NCBI GenBank assembly: GCA_964401055.1
Contig: CAYNWW010000001.1
Coordinates: 41,689-103,002 of the forward strand
From: an uncultured Candidatus Saccharibacteria bacterium
Lineage (GTDB): Bacteria > Patescibacteriota > JAUYIX01 > CAYNWW01
DNA: 61,314 bases
Direction: 5' to 3'
Made by a program: the position numbers and the translations under genes. Position 1 is the stretch's first letter. The number at the start of each line of letters is the position of its first letter. Below the pieces are notes generated by a model. The model worked only from the letters and a program-made list of their open reading frames with translations, was not told the DNA's origin and did not search any database. Below are positions 36,736 to 46,363 of this stretch, piece by piece.

Positions 36736-38814
36736 ATGTTTGCTTCTGATCGACATACTGTCCAAGTAATCCCGTTGACCAAGCTTCCTCGTATGCGAAG
36801 TCAGGTTTTTACTTATGGCGTGCCGGATGAATTGCGCGGCACGATGCGTGTTGGTCAGGTGGTGGAGGTTCAGTTTGGCCGACAAGTGATTAAGGCGTGT
36901 GTGATTGATGCGGAGACGCCAGCTCAGAAAACAACAACATACGAGATCAAAAATATTGTTCGCGTTTTGGATGAGCAGATTTTTATCCAGCCGCACCAGC
37001 TTGAACTCGCAAAACAAGTTTCTTCCTTTTATTTTAGCCCACTTTCGCTTGTTATTAAGCTGGTTGCTCCTCGGTGGTTTGCCCCACTGAAACGTAAGGA
37101 ACAAAAAAAGAGTTCAAAAAAAATAACTGCAGGCAACCCCAAAGTCCAACAGATTGTTGCCGGTGATCTTGTCTTGTCCCCGCTTCAGCAGGGTGTGTAT
37201 CAGCGGATCTCTACTGCGTGTGAGGCTGGTCGTGCTGATGTGTATCTCCTCCATGGCGTCACCGGAAGCGGCAAAACTGAGATTTACACTCGTGTCATTA
37301 AAGACGTGCTCGCTCAAGGAAAACAAGCGTTATTTTTGCTTCCAGAGATCGCTTTGACCACACAGTTTATCACTCATTTTCAGGAAAGATTTTTGCGTGA
37401 AGAGGTGGCGATCTTGCATAGTCATTTGACGCCAAAAGAACGCGCCCTTGAGGGGCGGGCTATCGCGAGTGGCAAAGCGCGAATCGTTATTGGGCCGCGA
37501 TCGGCCGTGTTTGCACCATTTCAATCGCTTGGTTGCGTTATTATTGACGAAGAGCACGACGCAAGCTACAAGCAATATGATCAATCGCCTCGCTACCATG
37601 CACGCGAGGTGGCCAAGATGCTTGGGCGGATTTGGCAGTGCCCGGTGGTGCTGGGGAGCGCCACTCCTTCAGTTGAATCATATTTTGATGCAGCCACGGG
37701 AAAGTCGGTACTGCTGGAGCTTCCTGATCGGTTTTCGCGCGCTCAACAAGAAGATGGCGCTGCGGCAAAAGAGCTTCCGCTGGTGTCTATTGTCGATATG
37801 CGCGAGGAGCTCAAAAAAGGCAACCGTACGGTGCTGAGCGAGGCGCTCCTTGAAGCTCTTGGCGAATTGCGCGCTCGTGGCGAACAGGCGATTTTGTTTT
37901 TGAATCGGCGCGGTATGTCCACGGTGGTTATGTGTCGCGATTGTGGTCATGTGATGCAGTGTCCGCGCTGCGAAATTCCTTTTGTCTATCATGAAACGCG
38001 CGGCGCGGCGCAGGGTTTGTTTTGCCATCACTGTGCTCTGCAGGTGCCTGTGCCAACGCGCTGCCCAGTCTGTTCAAGCAGCTATATTAAATTTTTGGGC
38101 GCGGGCACTCAGCGGGTTCAAGCGGAAATAGAGCGTGCGCTGCCCGAGTTGCGGATCGTGCGCATGGATGCCGATACGACCACGACGCGCGGTTCACATG
38201 GTCGCATCCTCGAATCATTCCGCGCCCATGAGGCCGACATCTTACTTGGTACTCAAATGATTACCAAGGGATTTGATTTGCCAAACGTGAACTTGGTGGG
38301 TATAATTTCTGTTGATAATCTGCTGAATATGCCCGATTTTCGTGCGTCTGAGCTGGCGTTTCAGTTGGTGACTCAAGTCGCTGGTCGCGCGGGGCGGCGC
38401 AACAAGCGGGGCGCGTGTATTGTGCAGACGTATACGCCCAAAAATCCATTGCTGCAAAAAGCCGCGTTGCACGATTATGCCGGATTTTACGAGCAAGAGA
38501 TTCGGGATCGCGAGGCGCTCTTTTATCCCCCGTTTGCTCGCCTGGTCAAGCTGATTTACTCCCATGAAAAGCCGGAAAAAGCTGCATCCGGAGCTCGAAG
38601 TTTGCAGGCGCAGATTGTGCGGGTAGTTGGGACGGATTTTGATGGCGAGATTATCGGTCCGAGCCCGGCATTTTTACCAAAAAAGGCCGGGAAATATTAC
38701 TGGCACGTGATTATCAAATACAATCCCGCCACTGAGCAGCCGCGAATAACAGAATTGCTCAACCAGATTCCTGACGACTGGACAGTGGATATTGATCCAT
38801 TTACGCTTTTATAG
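36736..38814 (+). CDS. priA: Primosomal protein N' (PriA helicase)
   Basis: LLHGVTGSGKTE, DEEHD, and the Cys-rich insert CRDCGH..QCPRC......CHHC.....P..CP.C. Confidence 0.93.
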   Translation: MFASDRHTVQVIPLTKLPRMRSQVFTYGVPDELRGTMRVGQVVEVQFGRQVIKACVIDAETPAQKTTTYEIKNIVRVLDEQIFIQPHQLELAKQVSSFYFSPLSLVIKLVAPRWFAPLKRKEQKKSSKKITAGNPKVQQIVAGDLVLSPLQQGVYQRISTACEAGRADVYLLHGVTGSGKTEIYTRVIKDVLAQGKQALFLLPEIALTTQFITHFQERFLREEVAILHSHLTPKERALEGRAIASGKARIVIGPRSAVFAPFQSLGCVIIDEEHDASYKQYDQSPRYHAREVAKMLGRIWQCPVVLGSATPSVESYFDAATGKSVLLELPDRFSRAQQEDGAAAKELPLVSIVDMREELKKGNRTVLSEALLEALGELRARGEQAILFLNRRGMSTVVMCRDCGHVMQCPRCEIPFVYHETRGAAQGLFCHHCALQVPVPTRCPVCSSSYIKFLGAGTQRVQAEIERALPELRIVRMDADTTTTRGSHGRILESFRAHEADILLGTQMITKGFDLPNVNLVGIISVDNLLNMPDFRASELAFQLVTQVAGRAGRRNKRGACIVQTYTPKNPLLQKAALHDYAGFYEQEIRDREALFYPPFARLVKLIYSHEKPEKAASGARSLQAQIVRVVGTDFDGEIIGPSPAFLPKKAGKYYWHVIIKYNPATEQPRITELLNQIPDDWTVDIDPFTLL

Positions 38815-38826
38815 AACAAGACGCAC

Positions 38827-39276
38827 ATGATTCGAAACATAATTCAATTTGATGATCCTCGGTTGCGGACGCGCTCGCGCGAGTTGCGGGCGGACGAGAT
38901 GAGATCTCCCGAGATCCAGAAGCTCATCAAAGACATGGCAGAAACCATGGATTTTGCTCGTGGGGTGGGAATTGCGGCTGTGCAAGTTGGTGAAAATCTG
39001 CGGATTTTTTGGGTGAGCTATGAAAAGCATCGATTTGTGATCATCAACCCGCGCGTCGAAATTTTGTCAAAAAAAGAGTCAAAAATGGAAGAGGGCTGCC
39101 TGAGCTATCCGGCCATTTGGGGCAATGTGGTTCGCGTAAAAAAGTTGCGTCTGACCGGACTTGACGCTATGGGCGCTCCGTATGAGATTGTTGCAAAAGA
39201 CTATCTTGCGCGCGTGATTCAGCATGAATTTGATCACCTTGAGGGCAAGGTGATTGTTGATAAATTTGTTCACTAG
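38827..39276 (+). CDS. def: Peptide deformylase
   Basis: GIAAVQVG, EGCLSYP and HEFDHLEG. Confidence 0.93.
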   Translation: MIRNIIQFDDPRLRTRSRELRADEMRSPEIQKLIKDMAETMDFARGVGIAAVQVGENLRIFWVSYEKHRFVIINPRVEILSKKESKMEEGCLSYPAIWGNVVRVKKLRLTGLDAMGAPYEIVAKDYLARVIQHEFDHLEGKVIVDKFVH

Positions 39277-39282
39277 CTTTTT

Positions 39283-40278
39283 ATGACAACTTTTCCGCGT
39301 GCGGGTGTGCCAATTCGAGTGCTGTTTATGGGAACCCCTGCGTTTGCTGCGCGGATATTGCGCGCGCTGGTGGATGCGCCTGATGTATTTCGCGTAGTTG
39401 GCGCGGTAACTAATCCGGATCAAGCGGTTGGGCGCAACTCGACGCCGGTAGCGAGTCCGGTCAAGCAGTTTGCAGAGAGCCAAGGTGTGCCTGTGTTTCA
39501 GCCTAAAAAGTTGCGTGATCCCGCGTTGGCTGATGAATTGCGTGCACTTGGCGCGGATGTGGTTGTGGTAGCTTCGTATGGTCGAATATTGCCTTCATCG
39601 CTGCTGCGCCTGACTCCAGTGGGATGCGTGAATGTGCATGCGTCGCTATTGCCCACCCTTCGTGGCTCTTCGCCTATCCAGAGCGCGGTTCTTGCCGGTC
39701 ATGAGCAAACTGGCATTACACTCATGCGGATGGATGAAGGTATGGATACGGGTGACATCATTGTGCAGCGCGCGATTCCGCTCACTCCCCGAGAAACCTA
39801 CCTCACGTTGCATGACAAGCTTGCCGAGCTCGGCGCCGAGTTGATTCAGGAATTTCTTCCCTCGTGGGTTGCGGGTGATCTTTCTGTCCAGCCGCAAGAT
39901 GCGCGTCACGCAACCACGACCGCTTTGTTGAAAAAATCTGATGGTCAGATTGATTGGCGTCGTTCGGCTAGCGAGATTGATCGGCAGGTTCGGGCATTTA
40001 TTGCCTGGCCGCAAAGTTTTACGTTTACACCTCAAGGCAAGCGCTTGGTCATTTGCGATGTGGAGGGGATCCGAGATTTTGCAAAAGACTCATCGTCTCA
40101 TCGCGCAGCCGGCACTATGGATTTTTCCGCAGGCTCTCCCGCGCACGAGCTGGTGATTTGGTGCGGTGACGGCAAGGCTCTCGCGGTGGGTCAGATTCAG
40201 CCTGAAGGAAAGCGCCCGATGTCGGCGCAGGAGTTTATGCGCGGTTATCGACAGCTGGATCAGGCAGTGTTAAAATAA
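39283..40278 (+). CDS. fmt: Methionyl-tRNA formyltransferase
   Basis: FMGTP.FA...L..L, N.HASLLP..RG.SPIQ.A. Lies downstream of def. Confidence 0.93.
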   Translation: MTTFPRAGVPIRVLFMGTPAFAARILRALVDAPDVFRVVGAVTNPDQAVGRNSTPVASPVKQFAESQGVPVFQPKKLRDPALADELRALGADVVVVASYGRILPSSLLRLTPVGCVNVHASLLPTLRGSSPIQSAVLAGHEQTGITLMRMDEGMDTGDIIVQRAIPLTPRETYLTLHDKLAELGAELIQEFLPSWVAGDLSVQPQDARHATTTALLKKSDGQIDWRRSASEIDRQVRAFIAWPQSFTFTPQGKRLVICDVEGIRDFAKDSSSHRAAGTMDFSAGSPAHELVIWCGDGKALAVGQIQPEGKRPMSAQEFMRGYRQLDQAVLK

Positions 40279-40282
40279 TCTT

Positions 40283-40768
40283 ATGAAGAAATTTATTGGT
40301 CTCGGTGCGATTTTATTGGTTTGTGGCAGTATTGCCGCAGTCGCGTATGCGCAGTATTTTCAGCCTGCTCAGCTTCCTGGAGTAAGCGCGACCACCTCTG
40401 CAAAATCTGCGGCGAGCGATGAGCCGCTTGCTCCAATCATTACTGCTGAAGAATTGCACACAAAAATAGCCGCAAAAGAAACATTTATTCTTGTGGATGT
40501 TCGTGACGCGGCTGCATACAATCAAGAGCATGTGGCGGGCGCGATCAACATTCCGGTCAAGGAAATTGAAGCAAACACCAGCAAGCTCCTTCCTCTTGAT
40601 CGCTCGATTGTGACTATGTGTGCGGGCGACGAATGCAAAGCAAGCACCAAAGCTGCAACCAAGCTTCTTGAGCTTGGATTTACGCAAGTGTTAAATTATG
40701 ACGGCGGCATCAGCGGCTGGAAAATCCATGGCTACTCTGTTGTTTCCTCGCCTTCATCAACTCATTAG
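40283..40768 (+). CDS. Secreted/anchored rhodanese-domain protein
   Basis: Signal-like N-terminus. ILVDVRD...Y...HV.GAINIP with a Cys-containing loop VTMCAGDEC. Confidence 0.75.
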   Translation: MKKFIGLGAILLVCGSIAAVAYAQYFQPAQLPGVSATTSAKSAASDEPLAPIITAEELHTKIAAKETFILVDVRDAAAYNQEHVAGAINIPVKEIEANTSKLLPLDRSIVTMCAGDECKASTKAATKLLELGFTQVLNYDGGISGWKIHGYSVVSSPSSTH

Positions 40769-40780
40769 TAATTTATTTCT

Positions 40781-41209
40781 ATGCAAGAAGTATTTGCTCA
40801 CTGTGACGTGCCTTGTGGAATCTATGATCCGCGTCCGGCTGAAATCGCTGCCGCGACCGTAGAAACCATGGTAAAAAAACTCCTTGATCTCAAAAAGCCC
40901 GCGCCTGATGCGGATATGCAAACCGTGCTGGCTTTTCACAACAGTCTTTCGCGCATGGTGATGACCAAAGAGGAGCACGCGCGTGCCTGCAAGCGCGAAC
41001 TGCTGATTTTGTGGACGGATTATTTTAAGCCTGAGCACCTGGTGCTATTTCCCGGCTTGCACGAGACGTTTTGGAAAGCGGCAAAGTTGTGCTCAAAAAA
41101 TAAACAAGAAGTCAATCTGGCAGCTGCGCAAGAGCTCACTCATGCAGTGCACGAGATTGCGCATCTATTTGCCCAAGCTGAGGCTGCAAAAGCGAAAAAA
41201 GTTGCCTAA
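40781..41209 (+). CDS. sodN: Nickel-containing superoxide dismutase precursor
   Basis: MQEVFA|HCDVPCGIYDP is the Ni-hook (HCxxPCGxY) after a 6-aa propeptide. LWTDYFKP is the conserved central motif. Confidence 0.9.
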   Translation: MQEVFAHCDVPCGIYDPRPAEIAAATVETMVKKLLDLKKPAPDADMQTVLAFHNSLSRMVMTKEEHARACKRELLILWTDYFKPEHLVLFPGLHETFWKAAKLCSKNKQEVNLAAAQELTHAVHEIAHLFAQAEAAKAKKVA

Positions 41210-41520
41210 TGCGGCTGGTGCGCTTTCTGCGCGTGCGCGGACAGAGTATGGAGCCAATTATTCGTGATGGCGCCGTTGTGCTTGTGAGCTCCCTCCCCTA
41301 TGTGTTTCGCAAGCCGCGTGCGGGTGATGTTGTGGTTGCGCAGCATCCGTTTGAACGCAGACTGATTGTGAAGCAAGTTGAGCGCATTGTGCGCGATGGT
41401 CGTGGCGATCGGGTATTTCTTCGGGGCGTAAATAAAGCGCAAAGTCAGGACAGCGAGGCATTTGGCTCGCTTGCTATTTCTTCACTTGTTGGAAAGGTGT
41501 GTTATGTCAGATCAAGCTGA
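41209..41520 (+). CDS. sodX: S26/S24-type serine peptidase, NiSOD maturation protease SodX-like
   Basis: VRGQSMEP (nucleophile Ser) and IVKQV (Lys). Immediately downstream of sodN, sharing one nt with its stop. Confidence 0.75.
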   Translation: MRLVRFLRVRGQSMEPIIRDGAVVLVSSLPYVFRKPRAGDVVVAQHPFERRLIVKQVERIVRDGRGDRVFLRGVNKAQSQDSEAFGSLAISSLVGKVCYVRSS

Positions 41521-42079
41521 TCTCCAATTTTCATTTACTGACCGCGGACGCGTGATTGCCATGGCGAGCACGTGGGGTCTTTTTAGCCCTCGTGCGCTGG
41601 ATGAGGGCTCTCAATTGCTTTTGGAGCATGTGGATGTGCATTCTGTGCATGACGATGTGCTGGATATTGGCTGCGGCACCGGCGTGCTTGGTATTGCGCT
41701 CGGCTTGCGCGCCCCGCAAGGACAAACGCATCTCGTTGACAAAGACTTTGTTGCAGTTGCGTATGCACAAAAAAATGCACTCGCCAACGGTCTGGCGCAT
41801 GCGTCGGTGTATTTGAGCAACGGTTTGCAGCAGGTTTCGGAAATCCAGACATTTGATCTGATTGTTTCAAATCTTCCGGGAAAAGTCGGACGCGAGTTGC
41901 TGCATGCGTTTATTACGGACTCGTTTGCTCATCTCAAGCCGGGTGGTCAGCTGTGTGTGGTGACTATTACCGGCATTCGCGAATATATCAAAAAAGAATT
42001 CCTCGCGACGTTCGGGAATTATGAAAAAGTAAAACAAGGTGCACGATATACGGTTGCTCGCGCGATCAAATCGGCGTAG
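41504..42079 (+). CDS. Class I SAM-dependent methyltransferase (RsmC/RsmD-like small MTase domain)
   Basis: The ATG at 41504 gives MSDQADL. VLDIGCGTGVLG (motif I) and VSNLPG (an NPPY-type variant). Confidence 0.65.
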   Translation: MSDQADLQFSFTDRGRVIAMASTWGLFSPRALDEGSQLLLEHVDVHSVHDDVLDIGCGTGVLGIALGLRAPQGQTHLVDKDFVAVAYAQKNALANGLAHASVYLSNGLQQVSEIQTFDLIVSNLPGKVGRELLHAFITDSFAHLKPGGQLCVVTITGIREYIKKEFLATFGNYEKVKQGARYTVARAIKSA

Positions 42080-42671
42080 CTGCGCCTGTGCAGGCAGAAT
42101 CTGCCCACAAACCCGCATGTTGTTGTTCGGCTTGTTTTTGTGCCTGACGAAATTCGGATTGATAGCGATAGGGCTTGTCGTAGGTATATTCGTGCGCGAA
42201 GCCTGATTGAATTAAGATTTTGTTGACAAATAATCCATCATCTCGCGTGACGTACCGCAGGAGGCGGTCATAGCGATCGCGATTGCCTTGGGACTGGTCG
42301 GATTCAAGCACAACGGTGGCGTTGTCGAGCAGCTCATGCGTTTTTGCAGATGCTTCTTTTCCAAAACACTCGACCGGCTTGCGTGGATCGACGGTTTCGG
42401 GAGTGTTAACGCCAATGAGGCGTATTTTTTCTTTTTTGCCACTCAGTATGACCTCGATTGTGTCTCCATCAACTACCTTGGTGACTTGCGCAAGCTCTTG
42501 TTGGCGTGTTTGTGAATTGAGAAGCTCGGCAGTGGATGCGCGGAGATTTACTGTTTGCGTATTGTGTTGTTGCACATAAAAAAATCCACCAAGCAGGGCG
42601 ACAATAGCGGCAAGCGAAGAAAAAGTCCTCCGTAGACGTCGAGGTAAAATATGCAAGTGTCTTGATCGCAT
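42066..42671 (-). CDS. Secreted thermonuclease (staphylococcal nuclease homologue)
   Basis: N-terminal anchor. VVDGDTI.V......IRLIGV.TPE and ...DRY.R.L.YV. Confidence 0.85.
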   Translation of the reverse strand: MRSRHLHILPRRLRRTFSSLAAIVALLGGFFYVQQHNTQTVNLRASTAELLNSQTRQQELAQVTKVVDGDTIEVILSGKKEKIRLIGVNTPETVDPRKPVECFGKEASAKTHELLDNATVVLESDQSQGNRDRYDRLLRYVTRDDGLFVNKILIQSGFAHEYTYDKPYRYQSEFRQAQKQAEQQHAGLWADSACTGAATPI

Positions 42672-42677
42672 ATTGCG

Positions 42678-43055
42678 TTAGGAGAGCATGTTGTTAATAT
42701 AGTCTACGATCTCGGCAATTGAAGTGTCGGCTTTGATGAAAAACTTTTTTGCACCAAGTGCTTTTGTGCGGAGTTCGTCTTCTTTTTGACTGAGGTTCGT
42801 AATAATAATCACTGGCGTTGTTGCGTTGCGCTGTTTCATTTTTTCCAAAAATTCGAATCCGTCCATGCGCGGCATCACTAAATCCAGAAGAATAAGCGCG
42901 AACGTTTCTTCGTCAACGTGTCGGAGAGCCTCAACTCCATCGGTTGCGACTTGTGGGTCATAACCGGCATTTTTGAGTTTGAGTTGAAGGGCTTGATAGA
43001 CAGATGGTTCGTCTTCGACGATCAGGATACGTTTCATTTTTTTGCTTGCTGCCAT
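42678..43055 (-). CDS. Stand-alone response-regulator receiver domain (CheY-like)
   Basis: ILIVEDE, LILLDL.MP..DG and T.L..K. No output domain. An alternative start lies at 43037. Confidence 0.85.
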   Translation of the reverse strand: MAASKKMKRILIVEDEPSVYQALQLKLKNAGYDPQVATDGVEALRHVDEETFALILLDLVMPRMDGFEFLEKMKQRNATTPVIIITNLSQKEDELRTKALGAKKFFIKADTSIAEIVDYINNMLS

Positions 43056-43169
43056 ACGCGTCGATTAAAAAATAAATCTACATTTCAAGTATACCATACG
43101 CACATAGGCTTGCATAAAGCGAGTTTTCCTGATAAAGTGAGTAGCTTGATTCAAGCAGGAGGTGTGGAC

Positions 43170-43874
43170 ATGAACAGGTTGTTTACTGCGATGCTTCTAT
43201 TTTTGGTTGCTTCGGTTGCCTCTGCGAGCGGTGATTTTACTGCTTCGTATGCGGAGAAGTCAATCTTAAAAATATTCGGCACAGTGCTGGATCAGCATTC
43301 GGTGGTGTTGCTGGAGGCTAACTACTATTTGGGAAAAAACAAAGAGTGGTTCGCGTATGCCGGCACGTCCCAGGAAATAAATCCGAGCAACCGAGTTCCT
43401 GGGGATGAGGGCGAATGGTACGACCTTATTGCGCTCAGGACCGTCACGGGGCCGCTCATGGCAGGTCTGGAAGTCTTCCATATTCCGAGTAAACGCGGGC
43501 TTCCGCATTTCACCTATCTGCAGCCGCAGATTTATCTCTATCTGAAATATGCGGTGGTGGGTGCTCAGATTATTCGTCCGATCGATACCACGGACGAAAA
43601 CGATCGCGCGATGGTGTATGCGGAGGGCATTCTCACGAAAACCTTTGCGGAAGATCGGGTGAGTGTGACTTTGAAGCCAGGGGCTTCCTATGGAGATTCG
43701 GGTGGCGGGAGAAAAACCATTTATCTCGACAGCCAGGCCGAGCTTGGGATTGACGAGAATAAAAGCTTTTCTTTGATCGCGCGATTTATTGTCGGGCGGA
43801 CGTGGTATGCGGATGCGCCCGATCCTGTCGATATGAAACCGACATGGACGGTTGGGCTCAAAACCGCATGGTAA
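43170..43874 (+). CDS. Hypothetical secreted protein, possibly a beta-barrel
   Basis: AGGAGG lies 7 nt upstream of the ATG at 43170. Signal peptide MNRLFTAMLLFLVASVASA. Alternating hydrophobic pattern. Ends ...GLKTAW. Confidence 0.55.
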   Translation: MNRLFTAMLLFLVASVASASGDFTASYAEKSILKIFGTVLDQHSVVLLEANYYLGKNKEWFAYAGTSQEINPSNRVPGDEGEWYDLIALRTVTGPLMAGLEVFHIPSKRGLPHFTYLQPQIYLYLKYAVVGAQIIRPIDTTDENDRAMVYAEGILTKTFAEDRVSVTLKPGASYGDSGGGRKTIYLDSQAELGIDENKSFSLIARFIVGRTWYADAPDPVDMKPTWTVGLKTAW

Positions 43875-43886
43875 ATTTGTATACTC

Positions 43887-43918
43887 GCCGGTGCTTTATC
43901 TGCACCGGCGATTTTTTA
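43887..43918 (+). terminator. Intrinsic terminator
   Basis: CGCCGGTGC-loop-GCACCGGCG followed by ATTTTTT. Confidence 0.65.
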
Positions 43919-43937
43919 TGAGCAAAAAAAGAACTCA

Positions 43938-44489
43938 CTAGTGTGAGTTCGGCGCAATGAGCGCGTAGAGCATTTCGTTTTCGAAACTGCCTCCCGTAGT
44001 AATTATACGGTCGGTGCGGTTTGCTTCTTCGAGAAATCCGAGCTTTTGCGCGATTTTTCTGCTTGCGTGATTTTGCTCGGAGCAGTGAATCTCAAGCCGG
44101 TGTAGATTGAGCTGAGAAAAAGCAAAATCTACAAGAGCGGCGACGCATCTAGAAACAATCCTCTGTCCTGCATAGTCCGCATCGATCCAATAGCCGATAG
44201 ATGCGCGCCGGTGCCGCGCGTTGATACTATGCAGTTCCATCCAGCCAACACAGGTATCTTCGGCGTAGATACCAATCGGGATCAGATGCGGTTCTGCGGC
44301 AAATGCGTGGTCGCAGGACTCAAAGTATGTGATTGTTTCCTCGAGCGTTGCGAAACTTGGCATGGAATCAAGCCACCGATGGAGATGAGCTCGATTTTTC
44401 TCTATGAGCTCGAAGAAAACTTTAGCATCAGCCGCAGTTCTTCTGCGGAGAGAAAGGCTTGGAGCAACCTCAATGAAAAAAAAGTTCAC
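43938..44489 (-). CDS. GNAT N-acetyltransferase (RimJ/RimL-like)
   Basis: GTG start preceded by GGAGGT. LRR....DA..F.......L..W... and the ..G.....L.....N..S....KLGF pattern. Confidence 0.8.
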   Translation of the reverse strand: MNFFFIEVAPSLSLRRRTAADAKVFFELIEKNRAHLHRWLDSMPSFATLEETITYFESCDHAFAAEPHLIPIGIYAEDTCVGWMELHSINARHRRASIGYWIDADYAGQRIVSRCVAALVDFAFSQLNLHRLEIHCSEQNHASRKIAQKLGFLEEANRTDRIITTGGSFENEMLYALIAPNSH

Positions 44490-44601
44490 GCGTAACCTCC
44501 GTGATTAAGCGTGCATATTATGACATGATAAATAAAAAAAGTCAACAAAAAACGGCAATTCTTAAGCGTGTGCTTCAGAGCTACCGTTTTTTGGATTTTC
44601 T

Positions 44602-44675
44602 TGGCTGCCCGGGTAGGATTCGAACCTACGATGGTGGATTCAGAGTCCACTGCCTTACCACTTGGCTACCAGGCA
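44602..44675 (-). tRNA. tRNA-Gln (anticodon CUG), CCA encoded
   Basis: The reverse complement folds as a cloverleaf. Acceptor UGCCUGG/CCGGGCA (the U1-A72 pair typical of bacterial tRNA-Gln), anticodon loop CUCUGAA, T-loop GGUUCGAAUCC. Confidence 0.9.
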
Positions 44676-44742
44676 ATACTGGTGTATTATTGCTTGTTCA
44701 GAGGAAAATTTCAAGAGCAAGCGCGGGCGCAGGTTGGAGTAG

Positions 44743-45660
44743 CTAAATTTTCAAATAGCGCCTGATGGCGATAAAGCTCGACAGGACGCCAATTGTGAGC
44801 GCGATGAGGAACTGACCGCCCACGAGTGCGACCCAGTGTTGTTGGGCATATGCGATCAGGTCGAGGTTGGTGTCTTTGAATAATGTGTTGACGCTGGGGC
44901 TTGCAATCACAAGCGCTGGATACAGGAGTGCGAGATTGGTGACTGTTGCAAAAATTGCGTATAGTACGCCTTCAAAAATGAATGGCCAGCGAATAAACCA
45001 GTTGGAGGCACCGACCAAACGCATGATTTCAACTTCTTCTTTGCGCGTATAAATGGTGAGGCGTACCGTGTTGAATGAAACAAGGATTGAGATCAGAATA
45101 AATACTACGCTTACTGTATACCCAGCGGTGCGGATTGTATTCGTTATATGAGTAAGGTTGTCTATTATTTCTTTATTGTCTTTGTAGTTGACGCTCTGGA
45201 CAGTTGCTTTGAATTTGTCTTGGCTCAGCTCTGCGGCAATGTCTTTGTAAAGCGTGGGGTTTTCTGCGACCACGGTGAAACTTGGCTGGAGCGGATTTTG
45301 ATCAAGCTCGGTAAGCGATTTGAGTATGAGCTCGTTGTCTTTGTGTTTTTCACGAAAATTTTTGAGCGCATCTTCCTGAGAAATGTAGGTGACGTCTTTG
45401 ATGCCGGAGTATGATTTGATGGTGCGCTCGATCGTGTCGATATCGTCCGGCTTTGCCGCCACTTTGAGATAGATACTGAGATCGACTTTTTGTTGCACGC
45501 TTTTGATGGCTGCGTCGCCGAGGATCTGCAGGGAACCTAAAATCGAAAGTGTAATCAGTGTGAGCGCAAGCACGGTGGTGGCGACAATCGAAAGCCAGAC
45601 ATTGCGGCGAATGTTGGTGAAGCCCATTTTGAATACGCGGAAGGCGCTGGTAGAAAGCAT
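44743..45660 (-). CDS. ftsX: Cell-division ABC transporter permease FtsX
   Basis: 305 aa, topology TM - large loop - 3 TM. Immediately downstream of ftsE. Confidence 0.88.
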   Translation of the reverse strand: MLSTSAFRVFKMGFTNIRRNVWLSIVATTVLALTLITLSILGSLQILGDAAIKSVQQKVDLSIYLKVAAKPDDIDTIERTIKSYSGIKDVTYISQEDALKNFREKHKDNELILKSLTELDQNPLQPSFTVVAENPTLYKDIAAELSQDKFKATVQSVNYKDNKEIIDNLTHITNTIRTAGYTVSVVFILISILVSFNTVRLTIYTRKEEVEIMRLVGASNWFIRWPFIFEGVLYAIFATVTNLALLYPALVIASPSVNTLFKDTNLDLIAYAQQHWVALVGGQFLIALTIGVLSSFIAIRRYLKI

Positions 45661-45664
45661 AGGT

Positions 45665-46357
45665 TTACAAAATGTATTTTCCGTTTTCTTGGCTGCGAAT
45701 GAGGCGACCGCTGTCGAGCGTAATGACGCGTTTGTTGATCATATTGACGATGTCGCGTGCGTGACTTGCAAAAATAACAGTGGTGCCGAGGGAGTTTATT
45801 TTGAGTAGGAGCTGGACGATTTCCCAAGAGTTGATGGAATCGAGATCGCCGGTGGGTTCGTCTGCAATCAGAAGCAGTGGCTTGTTGATCATCGCGCGGG
45901 CGATTGCTACACGTTGCTGTTCGCCACCGGAGAGTTGCTTTGGAAAACTATCTGCTTTGTGGCCAAGCCCCACGAGGTTCAGCATGCGCGGGACATCTTG
46001 GCGAATTTGTTTGCGTGGTTGGCCGGAAACTTCCATTGCGAATGCAATATTTTCGTACGCGGTCTTTTTTTCCAGTAATTTAAAATCCTGAAACACTACG
46101 CCGATGTCGCGGCGAAACAATGGCTTGTGTCGTTTGCGAATATGCTCAAGTCGCCAGATATGATCGTCAAGTTTGATATGAATCCGACCCGATGTTGGCG
46201 GCTCTTCTGCGATCAATAAACGAACGAGTGTGGTTTTCCCTGATCCGCTTTTACCGACGATGGAGACAAATTCGCCTTGCTGAATATCAAGACTGACGTC
46301 TTTAACCGCAGCCGTGTCGTTGTTGTAAATTTTTGTGACGTGGCGAAGTTTGATCAT
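45665..46357 (-). CDS. ftsE: Cell-division ABC transporter ATP-binding protein FtsE
   Basis: The ATG at 46357 gives MIKLRHVTKIY. Walker A GKSGSGKTT, signature LSGGEQQR, Walker B LLIADEPTG. Confidence 0.93.
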   Translation of the reverse strand: MIKLRHVTKIYNNDTAAVKDVSLDIQQGEFVSIVGKSGSGKTTLVRLLIAEEPPTSGRIHIKLDDHIWRLEHIRKRHKPLFRRDIGVVFQDFKLLEKKTAYENIAFAMEVSGQPRKQIRQDVPRMLNLVGLGHKADSFPKQLSGGEQQRVAIARAMINKPLLLIADEPTGDLDSINSWEIVQLLLKINSLGTTVIFASHARDIVNMINKRVITLDSGRLIRSQENGKYIL

Positions 46358-46363
46358 AGTGTG

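Noticed and set aside
42918-43169. The N-terminal extension of the secreted-protein ORF (the track gives 42918..43874).
   Set aside because: It overlaps the response-regulator gene on the opposite strand. AGGAGG followed by ATG at 43170 and a signal peptide define the real start.
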